A model generated the notes under the pieces. That model ran no database searches. It was not told the DNA's origin and was given only the letters and a program-made list of their open reading frames with translations. The translations under genes were made by a program, and so were the position numbers. From positions 11,965-75,964 of the forward strand of contig JBAZTR010000003.1 of NCBI GenBank assembly GCA_041661745.1: DNA of 64,000 nt. Direction: 5' to 3'. Of this stretch, positions 19,825 to 28,609 are shown in pieces. Position 1 is the first letter of the stretch, and each line of letters starts with the position of its first letter. The stretch is from Patescibacteria group bacterium (GTDB lineage Bacteria > Patescibacteriota > Patescibacteriia > UBA9934 > GWF2-40-263).

Positions 19825-19901
19825 GGACGCTTAGCTCAGCTGGTTAGAGCGTCTCGTTTACACCGAGAAGGTCATAGGTTCAAATCCTATAGCGTCCACC
19901 A
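19825..19901 (+). tRNA. tRNA-Val(TAC)
   Basis: TCTCG-TTTACAC-CGAGA anticodon arm, GGTTCAAATCC, CCA. Confidence 0.97.
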
Positions 19902-19942
19902 GAATAAAAAAAGAACGGCCTTGGCCGTGCTTTTTATTTTTT

Positions 19943-20728
19943 TTAAAAAGCTCGCTTTTTTCCCGTCACCACTTTAAGAGTTTCCGGCTCAACAGAAAAA
20001 TCAAAACGCGTTCCGTCGCTCGGGACACCGTCAATAAGAATTGTCACTGGCTCCTGCGTTTTAACATCAAAATTTTTAAGTGGTAAAACTGATTCGCCTC
20101 GTTCACCTTTCCAAAAACGCCAGCCGCCGCCCTTGGTGGCGATATTAATCACCACTTCCAACCGTCCATCAAACGGATTTGACACTGGCCCAGGTTCGCC
20201 TTCGTTTGGAATAAAAAGATTGCGCACACCAATAGTGCCCCGACCTTGTGGCGTAACCTTATAATTGTTTTCACAATTTATTTCCGCTTTGGCCGCCGGA
20301 ATACTGACCTCGCAAATAAAACGTTTGTTGTTTACCACGCCGGTGTCGATGGTTTCAACAATTCGGGCTGACAATACGTCGCATGCTCCTTCACCCTCTG
20401 GTACGCCGAACATATTGGCAATGCGGTTATCCGGCCCAAAAGGAATAATTCCTAAAACCACCTTCGCTTCCACCGCAACATCTATGACTTGGCGCACCGT
20501 GGCATCGTTACCTACAGCCACTACAGTCGTCGCTCCGCCGCGTTTTACTTCATCACGAATAAACTCGTCAGCACGCCTAAAAAGACCTAGCCGAACAATC
20601 TTTCCGGCTATTCCCAAGTCCGTTAAGCGATTTTCCACCTTCTGCAATTCTTTTTCGTATTTTTTATCTTGCACGAAGGCGTCATAGATATATAAATACA
20701 CAAAACGAGAATCAAGCGGCCGCCTCAC
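19943..20728 (-). CDS. Diacylglycerol kinase catalytic-domain family protein
   Basis: VVAVGNDATV, LGIIPFG..N.IA, IDTGVVN. Confidence 0.75.
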   Translation of the reverse strand: MRRPLDSRFVYLYIYDAFVQDKKYEKELQKVENRLTDLGIAGKIVRLGLFRRADEFIRDEVKRGGATTVVAVGNDATVRQVIDVAVEAKVVLGIIPFGPDNRIANMFGVPEGEGACDVLSARIVETIDTGVVNNKRFICEVSIPAAKAEINCENNYKVTPQGRGTIGVRNLFIPNEGEPGPVSNPFDGRLEVVINIATKGGGWRFWKGERGESVLPLKNFDVKTQEPVTILIDGVPSDGTRFDFSVEPETLKVVTGKKRAF

Positions 20729-21077
20729 CGTTTTTTCCGTTCATTGTTACCCGGCCGTTTATTTTAGCGCCCGGAGCCACGGAAAAGACAGCAACCGTTA
20801 CATCACCATCCAAACGAGAATTCTCCAAAAGATCGAGTTTTCCGGAAACAATAAAGTTACCGGAAATCTCCCCGGCCACCACAGCCGAGCCAGCCGAAAC
20901 ATCGGCTTTAATTTTTGCGTCAGGACCGACTTCAAGATGTCCCGCCGCCTTAACCGATCCGATTACTTCCCCCTCGATCGTCACATTGCCATCACTGACA
21001 AAATCACCCTCAACTTTCACCCCACGGGCGATTATTGTCATTGCTCCTTCTCTTCCTCCCTCATCGCGATTAAACAT
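20712..21077 (-). CDS. Bactofilin (polymer-forming cytoskeletal protein)
   Basis: TIIARGVKVEGDF...IEGEVIG...GAKING beta-helix pattern. Confidence 0.92.
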   Translation of the reverse strand: MFNRDEGGREGAMTIIARGVKVEGDFVSDGNVTIEGEVIGSVKAAGHLEVGPDAKIKADVSAGSAVVAGEISGNFIVSGKLDLLENSRLDGDVTVAVFSVAPGAKINGRVTMNGKNGEAAA

Positions 21078-21112
21078 ATTTCTTTTGGTTATCGATTAGT
21101 ACTTTAATTAAT

Positions 21113-22822
21113 TCACATTTCCTCAATTGTTTCAATCCCCATCATCGACAGGCCGTTTTTTAAGACCGTGCCTACTGCCTCGACCAAACCAAGCCGAGCG
21201 GCCGCGGTTTCCTTATCTTCGGCCTGAGTGACCGGAACATCATGATAAAAAGTGGCAAAGGTTTTCGCCAAGTCAAACAAATATTCAGCCAAACGGTCTA
21301 GTTTAAAGTCTTGGGCAGTCGCTGAAACGGTTTCCGGATATTTTGCCAATTTTACAAGCAGCTGATTTTCGATCGGCAGAACCAATCTTTTGGTTTCAAT
21401 CTTCGCTGTTAATCGACCGGCCTTCTTTATAATCGAACGAGATCGGGCATAGGTGTAAAGAAGATACGGACCGGTATAACCATCAAATGATAAGGCCTCG
21501 GCCATGTCGAAAATTATTTTTTTATTCGGATCTTGACGCAACATGCCAAAGCGCATGGCCGCAAAGGCAATGGCCCGAGCCACTTCCTCAATTTTTTTAT
21601 CTTTCCATTCAGAGTGTCGTTTTTTTGTTTCCTTTCGTGCCGAGTCAATCATGATGTCACGAAAAGTTTCGTAACGAATAATATTTCCCTTTCGCGATGA
21701 CATGACCCCTTCCTTAAGCGTGACAAAATCGTAGGACAGGTGAACCAACTCGCGTTTGAAACCCATTCGCTTTAAGGTGGCAAACAGTTGTTTCATGGCC
21801 AGGGACTGACGGGTATCAATCACGTAAACACTCTTTTCCGGATGATATTCTTCCTCCTTGCGAAAGGCGAGGGGAATATCTTTAGCGTTGTACAAAAGCA
21901 TGCCGTCGGATTTAACCAACAGATTGGCCCCCAAACCCTCTTCAGACAAATCAACAATCAAAGCTCCCTGACTTTTAACGGCTATTCCCTTCTTTTCCAA
22001 ATCAGCAATAATTTTTCTGGCCGGTCTAATTAATTCTGATTCGAAATACCAAACTTTAATTGGCAGACCAAGTTCGGAAAAAACTTTCTTTAAATCATTA
22101 ACCGACCATTTCCTGGTTTTTTTCCATAAGGCCACTGATTCACCTTTCCCGGCTTCGAGCTCGTGAAAAATTTTGGAAATTTCTTCCTTAACTTTAGGAT
22201 TTTTTTCTTCGGCCTTGGTGGCTTCAGTGTAGACCTTGCCCAAAAACGAGGTAGCATCTTCTTCTTTTAAATCATAATCACCGTAAAACTTTTTTAGACC
22301 CCAAACACATTTGGCCACATGTGTCCCCAAATCATTAATGTAAGAAGCTGGAATAACTTCATGACCAACGGCCTGTAAAAGATTTATTGCAGTCTGCCCG
22401 ACAAAAAAGTTTCGTAGATGCCCGACATGAACTTCTTTGTGCGTGTTGGGATTGGCATATTCAACCATGACTCGAGTATTCCGGCCGTCTTTGGCAAAGC
22501 CGTATTTTTCGCCTTCACTTTTAATGTCTTCCAAAACCGCCTTGCCAAAAGTTTCGCTCTTTAAAAAGAAATTGACATACGGTCCCTTGGCCTCAGCTTT
22601 TTTGATCCAGCCCTTAGGTTCAACTTTGGCCGCCAATTCCCGAGCAATATCGGCCGGGTTCTTTTTCAGTCCCTTAGCCAAGGTAAAACACGGGTAAGCA
22701 AAATCACCCAAAGCCGTATCCGGCGGGCTTTCCAAATCGTTAGTTATCGGCGAGTACTCTTTACCAAGAGCCGTTTTTAACGATTTAATTATTTCTTGTT
22801 TAGCTTTTGATAACGCGGACAT
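21113..22822 (-). CDS. argS: Arginine--tRNA ligase
   Basis: VEYANPNT..HVGHLRN, MSSRKGN, GYTGPYLLY, FYH. Confidence 0.98.
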   Translation of the reverse strand: MSALSKAKQEIIKSLKTALGKEYSPITNDLESPPDTALGDFAYPCFTLAKGLKKNPADIARELAAKVEPKGWIKKAEAKGPYVNFFLKSETFGKAVLEDIKSEGEKYGFAKDGRNTRVMVEYANPNTHKEVHVGHLRNFFVGQTAINLLQAVGHEVIPASYINDLGTHVAKCVWGLKKFYGDYDLKEEDATSFLGKVYTEATKAEEKNPKVKEEISKIFHELEAGKGESVALWKKTRKWSVNDLKKVFSELGLPIKVWYFESELIRPARKIIADLEKKGIAVKSQGALIVDLSEEGLGANLLVKSDGMLLYNAKDIPLAFRKEEEYHPEKSVYVIDTRQSLAMKQLFATLKRMGFKRELVHLSYDFVTLKEGVMSSRKGNIIRYETFRDIMIDSARKETKKRHSEWKDKKIEEVARAIAFAAMRFGMLRQDPNKKIIFDMAEALSFDGYTGPYLLYTYARSRSIIKKAGRLTAKIETKRLVLPIENQLLVKLAKYPETVSATAQDFKLDRLAEYLFDLAKTFATFYHDVPVTQAEDKETAAARLGLVEAVGTVLKNGLSMMGIETIEEM

Positions 22823-22828
22823 ATTTAC

Positions 22829-22882
22829 GAAGGGGTCTTGAAGGGTTAAGAAGGGTTTGGAGGGGCTTTAAAGGGATTGGAA
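22829..22882. repeat. Purine-rich ~10-mer tandem array between tyrS and argS
   Basis: GAAGGGGTCT-TGAAGGGTTA-AGAAGGGTTT-GGAGGGGCTT-TAAAGGGATT. Confidence 0.7.
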
Positions 22883-22883
22883 A

Positions 22884-24074
22884 TTATCGAACTACTCTAA
22901 CAAATCCACGCTTGCCTTTTTGTACCACGATTCCTTTCGGCACGACAAAGTCATAAGATTTAACGACTTCCCCATCAACCTTAACCCCGCCACCATCAAT
23001 TAAACGGCGAGCCTCGCCTTTGGAAGCAGCTAACTTGGTTTCCACAAGGACATCGATAACATTCATTGAACCAGAAATTTTAACTTCCGAAATTTCCTCG
23101 GGGATTTCTTTGTCGCGGAACATTTTATCGAAATTGGCTTGTGCCTCGGTTGCAGCTTTTTCAGAATGAAAAATTTTGACCACTTCAAAAGCCAAACGAG
23201 CTTTTTGATCGCGCGGATTGGCCATTTCTTTTTTTAATGCGGTAATTTCTTCCGAAGCTACGTCGGTAATTAACTCGAAACCTCCGTCGATCATTTCATC
23301 TGGCCAACTCATGATTTTGCCAAACATTTCATCAGCTGAATCCATGAGGGTAATCATGTTGCCTTCGCTCTTCCCCATCTTCTTACCAGTCGGATCGGTC
23401 AGAAGTTTCATAGTCATGACAAACTTTTCTTTTTTCTTCAAAATCTTCATCAAATCCCGCCCGGCCAACATGTTGAAAGTCTGATCGTTCCCGCCGATTT
23501 CACCATCGACATCCATTGCCACAGAATCGTAAGCTTGCATTAAAGGATACAAAAATTCATGAAGATGAATCGGTTTGCCTTCGGACATGCGTTTTTGAAA
23601 CATGTCGCGCTCAAGCATTTGTTGAACTGTAAAGTTGGAGGCCAATCCGACCACATCAACAAAGGACATTTTGGCCAACCATTTGCTATTAAACTTAATA
23701 ATGGCCGAATTTTTTCCAGAAAAAGAAATAAATTTCGAAGCTTGTTTTTTGTACAACTTACAATTAGCCAAAACTTGTTTTCTGGTAAGCATTTGGCGCG
23801 TGGCCGACTTGTCGGTAGGGTCGCCGATCGTGCCGGTAAAATCACCAATAAGAAGAACGACTTTGTGGCCAAGCTCTTGAAACAACTTAAGCTTGCGCAA
23901 GTTAATGGCGTGTCCCAAGTGAAGGGTTGGGCCGGTCGGATCGATACCAAGATATAAAGTCAGCGGCTCTTTACCCATTAATTTGGCACGGAGAAAATCG
24001 GCTGTGGGATAAACATTTTCCACGCCGCGAGTTAGAAGCTGATTTATTTTATTTTGGTCATGGATAGGTTTCAT
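22884..24074 (-). CDS. tyrS: Tyrosine--tRNA ligase
   Basis: GIDPTGPTLHLGH, YPLMQAYD, GGNDQ, KMGKS, S4 tail. Confidence 0.98.
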   Translation of the reverse strand: MKPIHDQNKINQLLTRGVENVYPTADFLRAKLMGKEPLTLYLGIDPTGPTLHLGHAINLRKLKLFQELGHKVVLLIGDFTGTIGDPTDKSATRQMLTRKQVLANCKLYKKQASKFISFSGKNSAIIKFNSKWLAKMSFVDVVGLASNFTVQQMLERDMFQKRMSEGKPIHLHEFLYPLMQAYDSVAMDVDGEIGGNDQTFNMLAGRDLMKILKKKEKFVMTMKLLTDPTGKKMGKSEGNMITLMDSADEMFGKIMSWPDEMIDGGFELITDVASEEITALKKEMANPRDQKARLAFEVVKIFHSEKAATEAQANFDKMFRDKEIPEEISEVKISGSMNVIDVLVETKLAASKGEARRLIDGGGVKVDGEVVKSYDFVVPKGIVVQKGKRGFVRVVR

Positions 24075-26722
24075 AGAGTGGAAATTTGTTGGTTCAAGGC
24101 TTCGGCTTTTTTGGCCGCCTCGTCCCGTTTTTGTTTCATGTCCTCGACTACTTTAGCCGGGGCTTTGGAAATAAATTCCTGGTTGGCAAGTTTGCCATCG
24201 AGACTGACAATATATTTTTTGGCTTCTTCAAGTTCAACAGACAAACGTTCGCGCTCTTTACCGGCGTCAATTTGACGATCAACTTTAAATTGATAATCAA
24301 ACGAGCCGTCTTTATTTTCCTCAATCACGAGATTTTCCACGCGCGACAAAGTTTTGATAATTTCAAGATTAATTTCGTCTTTAAAAATTTCAAAATATTC
24401 GCCAACAATAAGGGTCACATTAATTTTTTCTTTTGGTTCAACCTTGTTCTCGGCACGCCAGTTACGAAGTTTCTCGATTATTTCTCTCAAGCGTTCAAAT
24501 TCGGTATTGTTTTGTTTTGAAACCTTTACCTCCGGCCAATCATGAACAATCAACATTTTATCTGAGCCAAAATTGCTCCAAAGCTCTTCGGTCACAAACG
24601 GCATGAATGGATGCCACAAAACCAAAACTTGTTCCAAAACGTAAAGAAGAATCTCGTCGGTATTTTTCTCGAGTTTGGAATCCTTTCGTTGAATCTTGGC
24701 GATTTCCAAATACCAATCAGCCAATTCGCTCCAAGTAAAATCACGAAGAACTTCACCAGCTTGCGAGAACTCATATTTTTCCAAGTGATTGGTAACTTTT
24801 TCCGTCACCTCGGACAAACGACCAAGAATCCAATTATCGGCTAGTGTCATTGGGTTCGCCCTCTCCCTGAGGGAGAGGGTTGGGGTGAGGGATGTGGTTG
24901 TCAAAACAAAACGTGAAATGTTCCACAACTTATTTGTAAAGTTACGGAAGCCGGCAATCTTCTCTTCGTACATTTTGAAGTCATTGCCCGGACTGGTACC
25001 AATAACCATCGAAAGTCGCACTGCGTCAGCTCCGTACTTTTCAACCATCTCAATGGGGTCAATAGCATTGCCGGCTGACTTTGACATCTTCTTCCCGGCT
25101 TCGTCGCGAACAAGGCCGTGCAAATAAACATTTTTAAACGGTACTTCGCCAAGAGTGTAAGTGGTCATGAGAATCATGCGGGCGACCCAAAAGAAAATAA
25201 TGTCATAACCGGTCTCGAGGACAGTGGTCGGATGATACATTTCAAAATCTTCGGTCTTGTTCGGCCAACCGAGAGTGGAGAAAGTCCATAGGCCAGAAGA
25301 AAACCAAGTGTCGAGAGTATCCTCGTCGCGTTTCCAATCGTCACCAGGCGCTTCTGAACCAATATTAATTTCGTCGCCGCGATACCAAACCGGCACTTGA
25401 TGCCCAAACCAAATCTGACGACTAATATTCCAATCACGCAAGTTATCAATCCAATGAAAATACGTGCCGACGAATTGTTCGGGAATAATTTTTATCTGAT
25501 TAGAACACACCACGTGCTGCATTAGCTCTTTCAAAGTAATTTCCTGATCATCTTTCAAACCTTCGATCGGCGCGTGTTTCGAAGCGTGGAACTTGAACGG
25601 TTTATTTACACCAATAAACCATTGAAGTTTAGGTAACGGTTCAACCGCTGCACCACAACGATAACAAACCGAAAGATTTTGCGGCGTTTCTTCTTCTTTT
25701 TCAATCAACCCCTCGTTTCGCAGTTGCTCAATAATTTTTTCTCGGGCTTCAAGGACCGACAAACCAGCAAAAGCTCCGGCTTCGGCAGTCATAACGCCGT
25801 CTTCCCCGATCACAGTTATAACTGGCAAATTATTTTTCTGTGCCATCTCGGCGTCGATTTGACTGTGAGCCGGGGTAACCCCAAGCGCGCCGGTTCCGAA
25901 AGCCGGATCAACAGCTGAATCGGCAATAACTTTTATGGAAAGTTTTTGACCAACAAAATTCGCTTCAAGTGTTTGCCCGATAAATTTCTGGTAATGTTCA
26001 TCATCAGGATGAACAGCCACGGCCGTATCACCAAGTTTAGTTTCCGGACGTGTTGTAGAAATGGAGATTGGAAAATTTTTGTCGTATTTAAAAGTATAAA
26101 ACTTGGCAGTTGTTTCCTTGTGTTCCACTTCATCATCAGCCAAAGTTGATTTGCAACGCGGGCACCAGTTGATAACGCGGTGACCACGGTAAATCAAACC
26201 ATCGTCATACATCATTTTAAAAACTGTGTTGACAGCTTTGTTTCGGTCTTCGTCCAAAGTGTAACACTCACGCGACCAGTCGAGCGAAGCCCCCATTTTT
26301 TTAATTTGATGAACAATGGTGTCGTGCGAGGCCGCGGCAAACTTTTTTACTTCTTCAAGAAAAGCTTCACGCCCAAGTTCGCGGCGCGGATCTTTCATGC
26401 CTTTTTTAATAAGTTCTTTTTCAACCTTGGTTTGAGTGGCAATAGCCGCATGATCAGTGCCAGGAATCCAAAGAGCCCGTTTTCCCTGCATGCGAGCAAA
26501 ACGAGTCATGGTGTCCTCTAGGGCCAACATTGAAGCGTGACCCAGGTGAAGAATACCGGTGACATTAGGCGGTGGCAGAACCATGGAAAAAGTTTCTTTG
26601 CGCTTTTCAAGATCAGGCAGGTTTTCCGGACGAAAAAAACCGCTCTTTTCCCAAGCGGCATAAATATTGTCCTCATGATTTTGCGGCTCGTAAGCCTTGG
26701 GGAGGTCTGGTTGATTGGGCAT
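24071..26722 (-). CDS. valS: Valine--tRNA ligase
   Basis: PPPNVTGILHLGH, DWNISRQIWFGH, DTWFSS, KMSKS. Confidence 0.98.
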   Translation of the reverse strand: MPNQPDLPKAYEPQNHEDNIYAAWEKSGFFRPENLPDLEKRKETFSMVLPPPNVTGILHLGHASMLALEDTMTRFARMQGKRALWIPGTDHAAIATQTKVEKELIKKGMKDPRRELGREAFLEEVKKFAAASHDTIVHQIKKMGASLDWSRECYTLDEDRNKAVNTVFKMMYDDGLIYRGHRVINWCPRCKSTLADDEVEHKETTAKFYTFKYDKNFPISISTTRPETKLGDTAVAVHPDDEHYQKFIGQTLEANFVGQKLSIKVIADSAVDPAFGTGALGVTPAHSQIDAEMAQKNNLPVITVIGEDGVMTAEAGAFAGLSVLEAREKIIEQLRNEGLIEKEEETPQNLSVCYRCGAAVEPLPKLQWFIGVNKPFKFHASKHAPIEGLKDDQEITLKELMQHVVCSNQIKIIPEQFVGTYFHWIDNLRDWNISRQIWFGHQVPVWYRGDEINIGSEAPGDDWKRDEDTLDTWFSSGLWTFSTLGWPNKTEDFEMYHPTTVLETGYDIIFFWVARMILMTTYTLGEVPFKNVYLHGLVRDEAGKKMSKSAGNAIDPIEMVEKYGADAVRLSMVIGTSPGNDFKMYEEKIAGFRNFTNKLWNISRFVLTTTSLTPTLSLRERANPMTLADNWILGRLSEVTEKVTNHLEKYEFSQAGEVLRDFTWSELADWYLEIAKIQRKDSKLEKNTDEILLYVLEQVLVLWHPFMPFVTEELWSNFGSDKMLIVHDWPEVKVSKQNNTEFERLREIIEKLRNWRAENKVEPKEKINVTLIVGEYFEIFKDEINLEIIKTLSRVENLVIEENKDGSFDYQFKVDRQIDAGKERERLSVELEEAKKYIVSLDGKLANQEFISKAPAKVVEDMKQKRDEAAKKAEALNQQISTL

Positions 26723-26851
26723 AACAGTATTAGAAGTATACGAAAAAATGGCCTTTTTCGCAATACTGAATTTTACACTTCCCTTTTGTCTAACTTACTG
26801 CTAAATTACCGGAGCGAAAAAACTCCAACTCCGACTGGGAGGCAAACTCCG

Positions 26852-27178
26852 ATGGACGATCCTTTCCGAACCTTTTGCATTTGCTGGTTGGTACCTCATG
26901 TTCTCCACTCCAGCGAGCAGATCTGCCCCCACCGTGCCCTCCTGGCCAAGGTCCTCGACCGCACCGGGTCGGCCGTGTGCATGCCCTGGCAGCTCGCTCT
27001 GACGCCCGAGGCTTACCTGGAGCGCCTGGGCTTCGACAAGGCCGAACTCGAGGAGTGCAACGCCTTCCTCGGCCAGTTCGGTCTGCACCTCGGCATGAAC
27101 GCCGACGACCTGCCGGAGGGCGACTTCCCGTGGTGCAACGAGATCTTCACCCTTCCCGACTTGGCTGCGGCCGCCTAG
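26852..27178 (+). CDS. GC-rich small protein resembling the RNA polymerase alpha C-terminal domain
   Basis: GGGAGG SD; ends ...GFDKAELEECNAFLGQFGLHLGM, similar to alpha-CTD ...[22 protein letters not shown]. Confidence 0.6.
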   Translation: MDDPFRTFCICWLVPHVLHSSEQICPHRALLAKVLDRTGSAVCMPWQLALTPEAYLERLGFDKAELEECNAFLGQFGLHLGMNADDLPEGDFPWCNEIFTLPDLAAAA

Positions 27179-27211
27179 TCTCCAAGACCCTGAGGCCAGT
27201 CGAAGGGCTCT

Positions 27212-27240
27212 GCCCCGAGCAATCGTCTCCGGGGCTTTTT
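27212..27240 (+). terminator. Rho-independent terminator
   Basis: GCCCCG...CGGGGC followed by T5. Confidence 0.6.
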
Positions 27241-27430
27241 AATACCAACCCCTGACAAAAACCTTAACGCCCTATAATGCCCGAACGCCGCCTAGCCAAC
27301 CACTTCCCTTGACCTTATCCGCCTGGGCGGGTAATATAACTCCTTAACCATTCCTTCCCCATGCTTAAGGGTTAATACAAAAACTAGTCTCCTAGGCTCC
27401 TAGCTTCCTACCCTCCTAATCAAAAAAAGC

Positions 27431-28561
27431 ATGGTCTCCGAAACCCCAAAACAAATATTTGAAGCAATCCGCCGCAGTTCGGCGCCACTTTTAGTTTTGC
27501 CGCGCGGGGCCGGAGCCGATGGTTACGCCAGTGCTGTTGGTTTTTATAAATTGATTGAAGGTATGGGTAAACCGGTCGAAATGGTGGCGGCCGACGGTGT
27601 CACTCCAATCAACCTTGGTTTCCTGCCCGGCATGGAAAAAATAAAACCAGCTGTCGAAAACTTGCGCCAACTGATGATAGAGCTAGACACTAGCCAAACA
27701 CATGTTCAAGATATGCGCCACGAGGAAAAAGACGGACGGCTTTCTATTTCTTTCACCCCACATCAGGGTGGATGGAGTGAAAAAGATGTTCGAATTTCTC
27801 ATTCCGCTTATCGTCATGATTTGATTATTTGTTTCGGAGCGTCTGATCTTGAAGCTTGCGCCCACCTTTATCATGACCATAAAGATTTCTTCTTTCGCAC
27901 CCCAATCATTAATATTGATCACTCACCTGACAATGAACATTTTGGCCAAATCAACCATGTCGACCTGACCGCTTCGGCTATTGGTGAAGCCTGCTTTGAA
28001 CTAGTTCACTCAATCAACCCAACCCTTATCAACGAGGAAATCGCCACGGCTTTTTTAACCGGCATGATTGCCAAAACTCGTAGTTTCCGTACTCCACATT
28101 TAACCCCGAAAACCTTGGAAGTGGCCGGAAAACTAATGTCCCTCGGTGCTCGTCGCCAAGATATTGTCCGTAATTTATTCCAAACTCGTTCCGTTCAAAC
28201 TCTGCGCTTGTGGGGCCGCGCCCTGGCTCGATTAAAATCTGATCCCGAAGCAAAAATCGTTTGGACAATGCTTTCCCAGCAAGATTTCTTACACGCCGGA
28301 GCCCGTGAGGAAGATTTACCTGATGTGATTGATGAATTAATTTCCAATTCGCCGGAGGCAAAAATCATTGTTCTACTCTACGAAAATCATGCCCGTCATA
28401 TTTGTGGCATTATCCGCGCCGAGCCACCACACGATGCCCGTCGGCTAGCTGAATTATTTTCGGCGGTCGGAACCAGGGGAGAGGTTCATGTTTGCCTGGA
28501 GAAAAAAACAATCGTTGAGGCCGAGAAAGAAATTATTGAAGCAATTAAAAAACTGGTTTAA
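27431..28561 (+). CDS. DHH-family phosphoesterase (NrnA-like)
   Basis: IINIDHSPDNEHFGQIN, T.SF, LRLWGRALARL; several catalytic motifs are degenerate. Confidence 0.85.
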   Translation: MVSETPKQIFEAIRRSSAPLLVLPRGAGADGYASAVGFYKLIEGMGKPVEMVAADGVTPINLGFLPGMEKIKPAVENLRQLMIELDTSQTHVQDMRHEEKDGRLSISFTPHQGGWSEKDVRISHSAYRHDLIICFGASDLEACAHLYHDHKDFFFRTPIINIDHSPDNEHFGQINHVDLTASAIGEACFELVHSINPTLINEEIATAFLTGMIAKTRSFRTPHLTPKTLEVAGKLMSLGARRQDIVRNLFQTRSVQTLRLWGRALARLKSDPEAKIVWTMLSQQDFLHAGAREEDLPDVIDELISNSPEAKIIVLLYENHARHICGIIRAEPPHDARRLAELFSAVGTRGEVHVCLEKKTIVEAEKEIIEAIKKLV

Positions 28562-28564
28562 ATC

Positions 28565-28599
28565 AAAAACTCCGCCCGATAATCGAGCGGAGTTTTTTT
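28565..28599. terminator. Bidirectional terminator between convergent genes
   Basis: AAAAACTCCGC...GCGGAGTTTTT. Confidence 0.8.
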
Positions 28600-28609
28600 A
28601 TTTCGGAAA

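Noticed and set aside
21113-21115. UGA recoding (genetic code 25)
   Set aside because: argS and cmk end in TGA at normal lengths, RF2 is present, and conserved genes have no internal TGA apart from the prfB shift site.
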